This document shows, piece after piece, positions 38,702 through 52,000 of a DNA stretch of 64,000 nucleotides. Below the pieces are notes generated by a model. That model ran no database searches. It was not told the origin of the DNA and saw nothing but the letters and a program-made list of their open reading frames with translations. Origin of the DNA: Orbicella franksi (Eukaryota); NCBI GenBank assembly GCA_964199315.1, contig OZ116701.1, positions 24,366,001-24,430,000 of the forward strand. Direction: 5' to 3'. Position 1 is the stretch's first letter; each line of letters begins with the position of its first letter. The position numbers and the translations under genes were made by a program.

Positions 38702-41700
38702 TGTCATGTTTAAGCTTGCATAAATTAGAATACATTATGTTGCACGTGACGAGTGGTGTTGTTGAATAAACGAATTCAAGATGTCGCTGTGTGCGTCCAA
38801 GTCTTAGTGACAAACATTACATGGTACCAGGAGTAAAATGGATTCGTTCAAGCCTCCGGAAGCTTTGTCGCTTCAAGGAAATCCAAGTGAAAATTGGAGA
38901 AGATGGGTCCAACGATTCGACCTTTATCTGATGGCGTCTGGCAAAATAAAAGAAGACGAGAAAGTTCAGTGCGCGATCCTGCTTCACGTGATCGGTGAAG
39001 AAGCACTGGAAATTTATAATACCTTTAAGTTTGCTACTGGTGAGGATCCAAACAAGATTGCTCATCTTAAGAAGAAGTTTGAGGAGTATGTCAACCTGAG
39101 AAAGAACACTGTGTTTGAAAGATATCGATTTTGGGAATGCAAACAGCAAGAAGGCGAGACAATTGATCAGTTTATCACCGAGCTGAAAACACGTGCAAAG
39201 TCCTGTGGATTTGGCGATCAGCATGACCTCATGATCCGCGACTGAATTGTGTTTGGTGTGAGAGATACCCGACTGAAAGAACAACTGCTCCGTGAATTGT
39301 CAGACCTTACCCTAGAAAAAGCAGCAAGTGTTTGCAGAGCCGGCGAAGCAAGCTCGAGTCAAATAAAGGAATTGGAAGATTCTGACAAGAGCGTTCCAGT
39401 TCATTGGGTCGGAAACAAGTTCAATTTAAGGCGTCCAAAACCGCCGCATCCTAAATTACCGTTCAACTGTTCGAAGTGTGGTACTAAGCATCTACCAAAG
39501 TCATGTCCTGCGTTTGGAAAGCTTTGTCTCGTTTGTAAAGGAAAAGATCATTTCGCCAGAGTTTGTCCGCAAATGAAATCTCCCGTACACGTAGTCACTC
39601 CGAGCGATCAAGGCGCCATTGGTGGAGTCGAATTAGAAGTTCAATCAGATAATGGAGATCAAGAATTATTTATCGGAACAGTGACTAGTGCACCGCCTGT
39701 CGAAGACTCGGCTTGGTTTACGAATTTACGTGTCAGCGGAACACCGATTAAATTCAAACTGGACACAGGAGCCGAAGCGAATGTGTTGCCACTCAGTGTG
39801 TACTTGAAACTCAGAAATAAGTCACCGCTTTCGGAAACCAGCGTCATTCTCTCATCTTATGGAGACTTCAAGGTTAAACCTGAAGGCACACTAAACTTAC
39901 ACTGTGAAGCTCGTGGAATGAAAGAAAACCTGCCATTTTTTGTCGCCGCTGTTGAGTCACCACCGATTTTGGGACTCTCAGCTTGCCAAAAATTAAATTT
40001 GGTCAGAAGAGTAGAGAGTGTTGCCCAGGCGCCACTCACAAAGGAAGAAATTTTGGATGAGTTTCCTGACGTCTTTACTGGACTGGGCTGTATGGAAGGC
40101 AGTTATCACATTGAATTGGATGATACAGTTGAGCCTGTCATTCACCCACCACGGCGAGTGCCATATAGTCTGCTTGAGAAGCTGAAAGAAAAACTCCAGG
40201 AGCTAGAAGAGAAAGATGTTATTCAGAAAGTGGACAGACCCACCCCGTGGGTTAACAGTCTCGTCATTGTGGAGAAACGTGATGGGTCCCTACGCCTCTG
40301 TTTAGACCCCAGAGATCTTAACAAGGCAATTCGCTGAGAGCACCACAGGATTCCAACTGCAGAAGATATAGCAAGTCGTCTAAGTGGCAAGAAAGTTTTC
40401 TCCATAGTGGATGAAAAGGATGGTTTCTGGCAAGTGTGTCTAGATGATGAAAGTTCTCACCTCTGCACATTCAACACTCCGTATGGCCGTTATCGCTTTA
40501 AAAGAATGCCATTTGGTATAAGTTCAGCACCAGAGGTTTTTCAGAAAAAGAATGAATCCATATTTGGAGACATTGATGGTGTGGAAGTCATATTTGATGA
40601 CATAATTATCGCTGCTAAAGATGAGTTTGAGCATGATACACTCATGAGAAAGCTTTTGCTAAGGGCACGAGAAGCGAAAGTTAAGTTCAACCCAGCAAAG
40701 CTCCAGTACAAAGTCAGTGAAGTCAAGTACATGGGGAACATTGTGTCTGAATCAGGATTGAAGCCAGATGTTGAGAAAGTGCGAGCCATAGTTCAAATGC
40801 CATTACCCCAGAACAGAGAAGAGCTGCGGAGATTCTTGGGAATGGTGAACTATTTTTCTCAGTTTATTCCTAATCAGTCAGAAGCTACTGCCCCCTTGCG
40901 AAGCCTGTTGAAGAAAGATGTAGTTTGGATCTGGTCACATGAGCACACACAGGCAGTGGAGCATCTAAAGGAGATCCTGTCAAGTCAGCCTGTTTTAAAG
41001 TTCTTTGATCCTTCTAAGCCAGTCAATTTGCAAGTGGATGCCTCTAAGTCAGGTCTAGAAGCATGCATTCTCCAGGATGGCCACCCAATTGCCTACGCAT
41101 CAAGATCTCTCACCCAAGCAGAAGTTAACTACGCCCAAATAGAGAAAGAACTTCTTGCAGTGGTATTTGGCTGCGAGAGATTCAATCATTATGTTTATGG
41201 TAGACCAGTAGATGTTATGTCAGACCATAAACCGCTGGTATCAATCACAAAGAAGCCACTGGTTAATTCTTCTCCAAGGCTTCAACGCCTGCTTCTGAGA
41301 CTTCAGAAGTATGAAGTCAACATCTCTTATGTTCCAGGCAAATACATGTATGTAGCAGATACACTCTCAAGAGCCTTTCTGAATGAGCAGCCTACAGATG
41401 ATGATTTGAACGATGACATGGAGGTGATGGTCCATAGCCTCATTACAAATCGTCCCATGAACCAGGAGAAATTGGCACAAATGAAGTCTGCAACAGCACA
41501 AGATGAAGACCTTCAGAAATTATGTACAGTTGTTAAGAATGGTTGGCCTTCCCACAGAAGCCAATTGCCTGCATCAATTGCCCATTACTGGAGTCTTCGT
41601 AGTGAAATTCATGAAGTAGAAGGCCTGTTGTTCCTTGGCCAGAGGCTCATAATCCCACAAGATATGAGACAAGCTGTCCTGAATTGTATCCATGAGAGTC

Positions 41701-43150
41701 ACCTTGGTATTGAAAAGTGTAAGTCAAGGGCCAGAGCTGTAGTCTATTGGCCAGGCATGTCTACTGCAATTGAGAGACTGGTGGCTAAATGCCCAGTGTG
41801 TCTCAAGTATCAAAGAGAGAACCAGAAAGAGCCTCTCCTGCCTCATGAAGTTCCCCAGAGACCATGGCAGAAGCTTGGTGCAGACATATTTGAACTGAAC
41901 ACTAACTCTTATCTAGTTGTGGTTGACTACTACTCTAAATATCTGGAACTTTGTCTTATGAAAGACAAGACAGCTAGCTCTGTTATAACTAGCATGAAAT
42001 CAATTTATGCCAGACATGGTATTCCAGATGAAGTTGTTCCCGACAACATGCCCTTCTCAAGCAAGGCTTTCCGTAATTTTGCAAGTGAGTGGGGATTTGA
42101 AATCTCCACATCAAGTCCCAGATACCCACAGTCCAATGGGATGAGTGAAAGAGCAATCCAGACCATCAAGAATTTACTTAGAAAGGCTTGTGCAGACGGA
42201 AATGACCCCTACATTGCTCTACTGGAGTACAGGAACACACCCATCTCTGGACTTAAGGAGTCACCTGCTCAGCTGTTAATGAGTCGCATGTTGAAGTCCA
42301 AACTACCTACTGTGGAGTCTCTCTTGAAACCTCAAGTGGTTGATAGCCCCCAACAGAAGCTGCAACAGCGGAGTGATAAGCAGAAGATGTACTATGACCG
42401 GAATGCTAAGCAGCTGCCGAGTATTAAGGAGGGTGAAACAGCTAGAATAAGAAAAGGAAAGACTTGGGAGCCTGCCATTGTTACTGCACAACATAGTGCT
42501 CCAAGATCCTACATAGTTGCAACACCTGATGGTACCACCTACCGACGAAACCGTCATCACCTGCTCCCAACAGTCGAGTCGCCTCCACTGATCGCAGGAC
42601 CAGCTATTGATGGGCCAGGCGTGCCTGTAGTAGCCGAACCGCCAGTTGCCGTCCCACCACCTGATGCTGCCATGCCCTCCCTAAACTCATCCAGCCATTG
42701 CAGTCCTCAACAGACACAGCGTACTTCCAGCAGCCGAACTGTCAGATTACCAGCAAGATTCAGAGAGGACTATGTTATGAACTGAACTGTCCACACTCAG
42801 TAACCAGACATTGAATCAGACTGTTTTTTTTTTTTTATTTGCTTACTACTAGGCTGTGTTATTGTTGGTTATGGGGAAATTCCAGTTAATAGTGACAACA
42901 GTGTGGAACAGACATTTTTAGCAATTTTCTGTGAACTGTTGTCACATAACTTGTTGACCTACTTTGTTATTCCTTTGTTTTCTTTTGTTTTCGGTTTTGT
43001 TTATTTATTTTTTTTTATTGGAAAGGAAGATGTCATGTTTAAGCTTGCATAAATTAGAATACATTATGTTGCATGTGACAAGTGGTGTTGTTGAATAAAC
43101 GAATTCAAGATGTCGCTGTGTGCATCCGAGTCTTAGTGACAAACATTACA
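38702..43150 (+). mobile_element. Complete Ty3/Gypsy LTR retrotransposon (Mag-like)
   Basis: 120-bp LTRs 38702-38821 and 43031-43150 (4 mismatches by eye), TSD ATAGA, PBS TGGTACCAGGAGT (tRNA-Leu-UAA-like), PPT GGAAAGGAAGA. Confidence 0.97.
38838..42785 (+). pseudogene. Gypsy gag-pol: single frame with two in-frame TGA stops (39243, 40335)
   Basis: IRD*IVFG and AIR*EH replace the consensus Arg. CCHC knuckle, LDTGAEAN, FDDIII, QVDASK, SHLG..KC, PDNMPF, NGMSERA. Confidence 0.93.
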
Positions 43151-43225
43151 ATAGATGATTGTTGACTGTTCTTGTTCAAGAACCCTATCTATCGACGAAT
43201 TCGATCGGATCAGTACAGTAACTGA

Positions 43226-43507
43226 AAATAATTCAACAGAAATCACTCAAATGCAGTGAGATAAGTAAATAGCATAGGAATGAACGGAAAACATTAAATG
43301 AAACAAAAATAAGTTAAATTGCAAAGAATACTCACACTGATGATGAAGATGAGTTCCAAAACCTATCGAAAAGACGAATGTGATTAGATCGGTTACTAAA
43401 TAATTCAACAGAAGGCACTCAAATGAAGTGAGTTAAGTAAATAGCATTGGAATGAACGCAGAACATTAAATGAAAGGAAAATAAGTTAGGTATTTGCACA
43501 GAATATA
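43226..43507 (+). repeat. Imperfect ~170-bp tandem repeat; the second copy is split by the 43508-45829 element and a third partial copy lies at ~45850-45925
   Basis: AAATAATTCAACAGAA..CACTCAAATG...GGAATGAACG...TACTCACACTGATG is repeated; the split copy resumes at 45830. Confidence 0.7.
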
Positions 43508-45829
43508 CAGTACAGCCCAAAAATAATGCACGCGCAAGAAGTGGCGCAAGAAGATCTTACGCTGCAAGAACACGCAAACCGCTGCAAAAAGTAAAAATGT
43601 CGCGTTTTTGCGGTTTACCCGCAAGAACATTCAAAACGTGAGAAGTTGAAAGTCTAACCACAAGAAGCCGCAAGAAGTTGAAAATCTAACCGCAAGAAGC
43701 CGCAAGAACTTATGAATCTTACCGCAAGCCGCAAGAAGGTGCAAGAAGTTGTTGCAGGTCAGACAGTCTGTTCGTTTATAAGTGCTATGTTGGTGGTCAA
43801 AATGCTCAGCGTTTGCTCGCAATGTTATCCATAAGATATGTCACTGCAGTGGGAAGAGATATATTTCCAACAACTGAGACCAGATCTGGATTTATGTTTG
43901 CTTATACTGTGAAAATAATATCGAACGCACTCGCATGTTCATGACACCTACAGGAAAAAAGCCCTTCGATCACTTGCACAGTCTGCTGGCAGATTATGCA
44001 ACAATTACAAAATGTCTCCAAATAATGAAGCTCATGAGGAAACAGTCCACGTAGAAAAATCGAACTACGATGTAGTTAGTCTTGGTTCCAACACTTTTTG
44101 CTTCTGAATGCAAAATTCAGAAGTGTTGTCTTCTTCTTGCGGATATATGAGCGAAGACAACTCAAGGCTCGATTTCCGTCGCTTTCTCAAGTCTGTAATG
44201 GAGTCTAAGAAACCTTTTGTTCAAATCGCACACTGAACCGCAAAGACTGCATGTGCACTACGATGTTGTAAATTTCTTTAAGAACTTTTCGGAGAGTTAG
44301 TATTACAGGCGAAAAGCCCTTGCAGAAAATATGTTGTGTTCCTAAAGAAACAGTAATCAAGGAAACTTGAAAGTCACCTATGGAAGCGAACCTCGTAAAT
44401 TCTACCCTGTTTGCAATGCGGTAAAACATTACCGGTATAACTATGGTTGTGATAAGCACATAAATGATCTTCTGAACAGTGAAATCTCACAAGTTTGCCT
44501 TATGCATTCCTCTTATTTTGAAGAGAATCCCATTGAACGAAATATTTCAAGACAGCATGCACTGATAACAATCATGTTGTTGTGATGCCTCGAATTTGCA
44601 TAAACTCTTCAAACATCACTGATGCGTGAAAAGTCACGCTTTTGTCATGAATGCATGTAGTCCTGTGCTTGTTTTCGCGGACTGAGAAACTTGCTTGTTT
44701 CAAAATTTGGGTTACACTTGGAAGCTACTTCCCAGTAAATATGTGTTTTTTTAACCTTTGTTCTGGACAGAAAAAGCCATTTCAAATAAGCTCATTTCGC
44801 ACTGCTTAATCACACCGCAGGTCCGGGACTCCAGGACACATCGTAATAATAATTGTAAACAGTAAAATTTCCTTCATGTCGCCCAAAGCAAAACAAAGTG
44901 AACCCAGTATCTAATTCAGAACCAACTGATAAAACATGTACTGTTACTAAACTGATGAAAATAAATATAAACCAACAAAAAGCCAAAGGGCTTATCTCTG
45001 TGTCAATCTGTACAGTTATTTTGAGACACTCTCAATTCACAGGTTGCTTAGCACATGACCAAAATCTTTCCACTGTCAGTGATAAGATCTACCAACTGAT
45101 TTATTCGCGAACGAAAACTCTCTCCAAGGACGACCTCAACAGTGTTTAGACTTTATATGGCTTACACTTTAGAACTTATAATATTGGTCACATCATTAAC
45201 AAGATTCCCAAGATCTCTTGTGTAATGGTAGCCGTGTATGTAGTAAGGTCGACGATTTGTTATATTTGTTGACGTTTTGATGGATTGAAATACTGCTTTG
45301 TAGAACATGTAAACAGCAGCTCACGCCGATCAATGAATTTGAAGTTTCATCAAACGCGTATCCGTTCATTACTTTTTCTTTGGCCGTTCCTGGGGATCGG
45401 TCCAAATTTGAATTAAGTTAGACTCATGAAAAGTTCGTGGTCTGAACTGAACTTTAGAGTTTAAATTGTCAAGAGTTAAGAATTTGTCGTTTTAATGCTT
45501 CTTACGGTAAGTGCGGCGCTAAATCTGTTTTTTCCGTTGTGTTTTTTAGGACCTGTCGCCAAGACAGTACTGTCTTAATATGGATTTTCGCGTGCTAAGA
45601 TGTTAGCACAAAGAAGTTCTTGCGAGTTGAAAATCCTACCGCAAAGAAGTTCTTGCGTATCGAAAATCCAACCGCAAAGAAGTTCTTGTGGTTTTAACTC
45701 CTAACCGCAAAGAAGTTCTTGTGTCTTGCAGGATCAAGGTGCAAGCAACCCGCAAGAAGCCGCAAAAAGTTGACAGCTTGCAGACGCAAAAAGAAGTTCT
45801 TGCGCGTGCATTATTTTTGGGCTGTACTG
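43508..45829. mobile_element. 2.3-kb non-autonomous DNA transposon: 33-bp perfect TIRs, TA TSD, CGCAAGAA subterminal arrays
   Basis: TA|CAGTACAGCCCAAAAATAATGCACGCGCAAGAA ... TTCTTGCGCGTGCATTATTTTTGGGCTGTACTG|TA; many CGCAAGAA-like copies at ~43530-43760 and ~45610-45810. Confidence 0.9.
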
Positions 45830-46210
45830 TACTCACACTGATGGTAACGATGGTAGCACAGGAATGAATGCAAAATGTTAAATGGAAGGGAAATAGATTG
45901 TAAAGAATGTATACTCACACTGATCCCAAAGTTGAAGATCGAAGAGGATCGAGCTCAAACAATGTGCTTCCTACTTGTCGCAAGGCATTGTGGTAAAGAA
46001 TGCAACTAAACGCAAGGGATTGTGGTACAAAATGTAAAACAGAAGAAATTGAGAATTTGCGGCCCTTATTGCCTTATAAGCAAGATTATAACTGCTGCTT
46101 CGCTCGCTGTGCAGCAATTATTACAATAATAAATTATTAAATGATTAATAATATTAGTTATGCGCTTTATGAACATTTATCAAAGTATTGTTTCACAAAT
46201 GACCATTTTT

Positions 46211-46652
46211 TTTGCGTGACGAATAAATGTGATGCCAGAAGGAAATGAAGAGTCATTTCTATTTTAAGCATGAGGCATGAATAGCGCATTTTCTTTGAAG
46301 AGCTGGAATTATCTTCGCAGAATTCAACATTCATAGTCCAGCGGGTCCCCTACTTGGCTGAAGGTCTGGATCCACCACTGGCATTTGACCTTGTATCGTA
46401 TATACTATATCGTATGTCGTATATCACGCTACAAGGTATAGCAACTTTTGGTGAGTGTGCTTGCTTGAAAGGTCTCTCCTGTTCCAAACCCCAATCACAC
46501 TCTTAAAGCCAACAAACAATACAAATTTCCCAGCTAAAATGCCACACCGACTTTTATATTCTATGTAGAGATCTGCGGAAGGATAACTTCATGCTTAAAT
46601 TAGAAATGACTCTTCATTTCCTGTCAGGCATCACATTTATCCGTCATGCAAA
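46211..46652. mobile_element. MITE with ~65-bp TIRs
   Basis: TTTGCGTGACGAATAAATGTGATGCC...GAGTCATTTCTA.TTTAAGCATGA inverted at 46588-46652. TSD not evident. Confidence 0.7.
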
Positions 46653-46897
46653 CCTGACTTACACCTGACTTATTGACTTATACCTGTTTTGCCTTTCCAC
46701 CTAGCTCATTAAAATTAAATGTGGACTTCACACCGAACTCGGACCCAAATTTTAATTTAAGCATAGTGAAGTAAAGCCGATAGCCAGTAGCGGAAAACTG
46801 CGGCAAAAATATTGTGAAGCCATGTGAAGTGTTTGTTTCTTATGTGAACTCGTAATAGTCTCGACACCACATCGTCTCTCCTCGTCTCTGTCTTTCA

Positions 46898-47026
46898 GGC
46901 CTATGTTTCACAAAGTACCATTTCACAAAGTACCGTTACGCAAAGTACCATTTCGCAAAGTACCGTTTCACAAAGTACCATTTCGCAAAGTACCGTTTCA
47001 TTTTGTTTCGCAAAGTACCATAAGCC
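46898..47026 (+). repeat. 15-bp minisatellite (TTTCRCAAAGTACCR) x ~7, bracketed by GGC(C/T)TATG...CATAAGCC
   Basis: Directly visible; a related AAAGTAC array lies at ~51130-51200. Confidence 0.8.
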
Positions 47027-47078
47027 GACGGTGTACACGTGGAATTTCAATGCCGCGGGCATTGTGGTAGCCAAGATC

Positions 47079-47675
47079 TCATTCCATAAAATTTCTTAGC
47101 ACTTCTTCGGTATCTTCTCGTACTTCTGGGGTATTGAAAAATTTGATATTCTCTCTCCTGGAATAAGCTTCAAGGTAGAGGTTCTTGGAGGTGATGTCGT
47201 TTATTTGGTTGGTGAGCTTTCTCTCACTCTCAATCAGAAAGGTTATTCTTTTATTTTGCTCCTCCATCTGCTTCTTTAACGCATCTTGATGTTCCTTACA
47301 CTTGTCGCCATTGAAACTGCAAGACTTCTTTAATTCTGCTATGTCGTTCTTAGCCTTTGCTTCAAACTCTTCAAGCTTGGCCATTCTTGCCTTGAGGTTT
47401 GCCAAATTGGTTTCAATATTTCTGATGGAGCTTTCAATTGAATCAAGCTTACTCAGTCTTGCGATGATGGAGTTCAGTTCTGCAAATTGTTCGATTTTGC
47501 TGAGAGCCTCCATGATTTCATCATTTGCCTCATAGTCTCTGTTTGGGTTCTCGTCTGCTGTTTCTACAAGATCTCTGAGTTTTTTTGCTTCATGCAAAGG
47601 CAAAGTCTTGTCTCCAGAACTTGTAGATGATCTATTTCTGCGTTTTCTGATAAGGTTAGACAATTTTTCAGCCAT
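47079..47675 (-). pseudogene. L1/Tx1-type ORF1, 5' fragment
   Basis: Long coiled coil followed by LEAYSRRENIKFFNTPE...EDTEEVLRNFM (start of the RRM); cut off at 47079. Confidence 0.75.
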
Positions 47676-49072
47676 GAAAAGCTTTTGGAAGGCAGATGGC
47701 TTTTAGCTTGCTCCTCTGCCATCACTCGGCCCAATCTCCTGTTTAACACTTCTTTGTGTACTGCTACTTTTCTATTTAAATTGATGGGCCTATTGTATAT
47801 CTAAAACCTACATGAGTGACGATTCTCATTTGATGACGGTTTAGCTTGCTAAGTAAAGTTCTGCATTCCACAAAGCTTATGCAAAAGGGTCAACCTGCAT
47901 TGTGAACCGTCAAAATAATAGTTTAGCCATTTCAGGGTTGTTGCGTGACAATAGTCACGCACGTATACTTATCAACAACAGGAGACCAATAACAGAAAAA
48001 TTTGGAATTGAGAGGCAATAACACATCACTATGTACCTTCTTTCCTTCATCTTTTCTCCTAGCAGATTTTTTAGGTCACCCAAAGTAAGAGTGCCCTGTA
48101 ACACAGCACACTATTTTCTAAGTACCAATGCCCTATCCTCACGAAAAACAAATGCAGCGCAAAGTGATGGACTAAAAGTTAAAGGAAGGATTGGAAAAAA
48201 CATTGAAATTGCGTAGCTACTAAAACGCGGAACCACCCAAAACGACCCAAAATGACCCAAATGACCCACAACTATCCACAACGGCCCACAACAAACCCAA
48301 AACGATCCAAAACGACCCACAACAAACCAAAATATTCCAAAACAACCAAAAACGCCTTTGATAGTTTTTAAACACTGTCTTGGATTGTCTTGGTTGACTA
48401 AACTCATCTCCAGGGCTCCCCGACAAAATAAAATAACTGGAAAACAAAATAACTGGATTCTGATTGGACGAGAGCAGTACTCCCTAGGAGAACCTATTGC
48501 TATTTACTTTTCTTTCCGAAGTTGACTGGAAGTCTTCCGACGAATTTCGAAGTTGATCCGAACACTAACGAAAATTTCTGATGTCGATTCGAAGACTTTT
48601 GGAGTTGAACCGAAGTTTTCCAAAGATTTTCCAATGTCAGCCCGAACACTTAGGAAGGTTTCGGATGTTTACCTGGAGTATTCTGAAGACGAACCGAGGA
48701 GGAATTTTGTTGAGGTCGAGCGAATTCCTATACTTATTTTTTTCGTGAGCCTCGAAGGAGGAGGGGGGGTGATGGTTGGCATGAGGAGGGGTGTATCTCC
48801 AATTATTCACGCTATGAAAATGTAGTGTACTGTATTTTAATTGAGAAAATGCCTTGTCTTAAAATGAGTCTGCAAAGACATACCAGCGATTTGTTTTTTC
48901 ACATGATATGCTGTTTCCTCCTCCTCCTTGTCCCCCGAGGAGACTTCAGACTTTACGACTTCCTGAGGCAAAGGGAAGAGCCACGTGACTCCACGTGATG
49001 AAATGTTGCGTTACAGTTACAATTTGGGAGAAAATACAGATCCAATCATTGCCACGCATGCATGCGTAGTCG

Positions 49073-52000
49073 ATGATGGCGGCCTCACAGGAAGACCAAG
49101 AACATATCTCAAGTCCTATCCTATATCCTATATCTCTTTATGCCATAAGGCACATAAGGCTTTGACATTCTCTTTCCAACCACTATGGTTTGCAGCGAGG
49201 TTTCTGACATTCGCCCATGACTGTCACCCAGCTGTTTTCCTTTCATCTTCAACCATTCTCCTCCATGTTGTTTTGGGTCGACCAGGCCTTCTTTTCCCTT
49301 CTGGCCTCCATTCCAGAGCTGTGACACAATGTTCCTCTTTGTCTTTCCTCATTATATGTCCAATCCAATTCCATCTTCTACGTCTGATTTCATCACTCGT
49401 TCTGTTCACTCCTGTGTTCTCCTGAATTTGTTGGTGGGAGATGGTCTGAGGCCATGTTATCCTTAAAATCCTCTTCATGCACTTGTATTGGAAACCGTCC
49501 AGCTTCTTTGCTTCTGTTTTCGTAAGTTTCCAAGCTTCACAGCCATACATCAAAACTGACCTAACAATTGTTTTAAACAATTGTACCTTCGTCTTTCTGC
49601 CAATCTCACTGATGCCCCATATTCTTCGCATCCTATAAAAAGCCTGTCTAGCTTTACTCAGCCTATGCTGTATGTCCTTGGTTGTTCCACCTTCTTTGTC
49701 CAGCAGTGCGCCTAAGTACACAAACTCTTCCACCTCTTCTACCTGTTCACCATTAATCTCTATTTGTTGGTCGTTTTTGGCATTCACCCGCATGACTTTT
49801 GACTTCTTTGCATTGATCTTAAGACCGACCCTTGCAGCTTCATCGGCTAGTCTGTTGGTCTTATCTCTTATGTCGACGTACCTAGACAACAACAAAGCGA
49901 TGTCGTCTGCAAAGTCTAGGTCCTCTAAGACCGAGGTGAACTTCCATTGTATACCAGTTCTTCTACCTTCCGTAGTTCTGCTGATGACCCAGTCAATTGC
50001 AAGTAGAAATAGGAAACCAGACATGACACAACCTTGCTTTACTCTTGACTGGACTTGAAACCATTCTGTTGTTTCACCCTCATCTAGAACTGCACACTCA
50101 AAGTTGTTGTACATCGCCTTCATCAATTCGATAAGCTCTTCTGGGATTCCGTGCATTGACATGATGCTCCACAGACTTTCTCTATGTACAGAATCGAACG
50201 CTTTCTCGAAGTCTATGAAATGGGTGTACAGAATTGCGTTCCATTCGCTGACTTGTTCAAGTATATTCCTGAGAGGAAAGATCTGATCAATGGTGCTTCT
50301 GTTCCCTCGAAAACCTTCTTGTTCCTTCCTCAGGATGTTGTTGACACCTTTTTTGATTCTACTTATCAACACTCTTCCAAAGATCTTACTGATGACTGGT
50401 AACAGTGTAATACCTCTCCAATTTGTACATTCGCATAGGTCACCCTTCTTGGGTAACTTTACTATCAATCCTCTATTCCAACTTTTTGGTGCTACGCCCT
50501 CTTCCTTCACCTTTTTAAACAGTTTTGTTAGTTCCTGTGTTCTCTCATCTAAATCTGTTTTTAGAAGTTCGGCTACTACGTTATCGAGTCCAGCTGCCTT
50601 TCCATTTTTCGTTGCTTTTATAGCACTTTTCACTTTGCTTGGTCGAAATGGTCCAATATCAAATTCTCCGTCATTTTGCCTTCTTTCCATTTCACGGGGC
50701 TGGGTCTTTGTTGAGTACTGCATCAAAGGGTTCTTTCCAGATCTTCAGTCTTCTGCTCCCCTCATTTGTCGGTCTCCCATTTTTATTGTTTACTGCTGTA
50801 CTCACTCTTCTCATCTCACCCGTCAAGGTCTTCACTATTCGATGTAATTCCCCATATCTCAAGTATGGATACTTTATGTTTGTGTTTTCATATGACCGCT
50901 CTGTAGCTTGTTACCTTTTTTGTAACTTTGAGCTAAATAGAACTTTATTTAAGAAAAGCCAATTCTACTCCTTTGATGCTGATAAACAGCCCTCTCACGG
51001 CTTGCTTCATTCATTTCTATTTCTTATTTTGTAGAAGTCATTATTTCATCTGATTCATATGACACAGAAAATGGTGAGTGACTTGGGCTAGAACTATAAT
51101 CTTTACTATAGTCATTAATGAAATTTTTCACTTCACAAAGTACAGATTTTTCACTTAGCAAAGTAGAGATTTCGCAAAGTACAATTTTGCAAATTACAAT
51201 AAATAAACATGCTTCCCTTATGTATTTGCAGATCTTCCACAGTATCTATCGTCAGCAAGGCCACCAAAGCTGGAGGAAAGAGGTGCTGTTCATAAGGTAA
51301 AGCTTCATTTGTAGGGAAATTCTCAAATGTTGTTTGTGTGATTGTAAGGGCAAGAATATGAAGGTGCTATTGCTTCCATTTTCACTGTGGGGGACGTGTG
51401 GATTTTCACCGACTCAAAGCCGGCCATGAAGTTACATTTATTTGATATAAGCAACTGGAAGCTAAACCTCAGAAATCGTTTTATCCATTTTGTACGGCTG
51501 GTCATTTTAGCAAAGGACAAATTTTATACCGTTAAATATCTGGTTGGGCCACAGTTTAATTTAATAGGGCAAAGGTCGCACTTTTTCCACGATGTCGCAG
51601 CATTCTGCCACAGGGGGGTCGAGGGGGCGCACGTTTGCGAAATATCTTCTTTTTCGATTCTGTTTCATGTACGGTTTGTACCAATGATTACTTCAAACAG
51701 CAACTCCGAGCTCTAAAAGCAACATTTCATCAGCTTAAGAAACAAGCTGACTAATTTGGACCTTATAAGTCTGCACACCAGGCGTCTTTGCGCCATTGTG
51801 ACACTAATGATGGATGATAAATGATCCCGGTGTTTCAGGTTTGATTTAATTTTTTTCCATTTAAGTTTTTTGATTGGAGTTTTTTTTACCAATTCCCATT
51901 TAAGTCATTTAGCATGGAAGATATGGCCTGCTTTGGGGCAGAACACCAGTACGGTTTCCTTGACCACATGTCTACTCATGACACAAAGGTCGCACATGTC

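Noticed and set aside
43800-45600. Coding capacity inside the TA-flanked element
   Set aside because: Only short ORFs with no recognisable motif; cannot be supported without a search.
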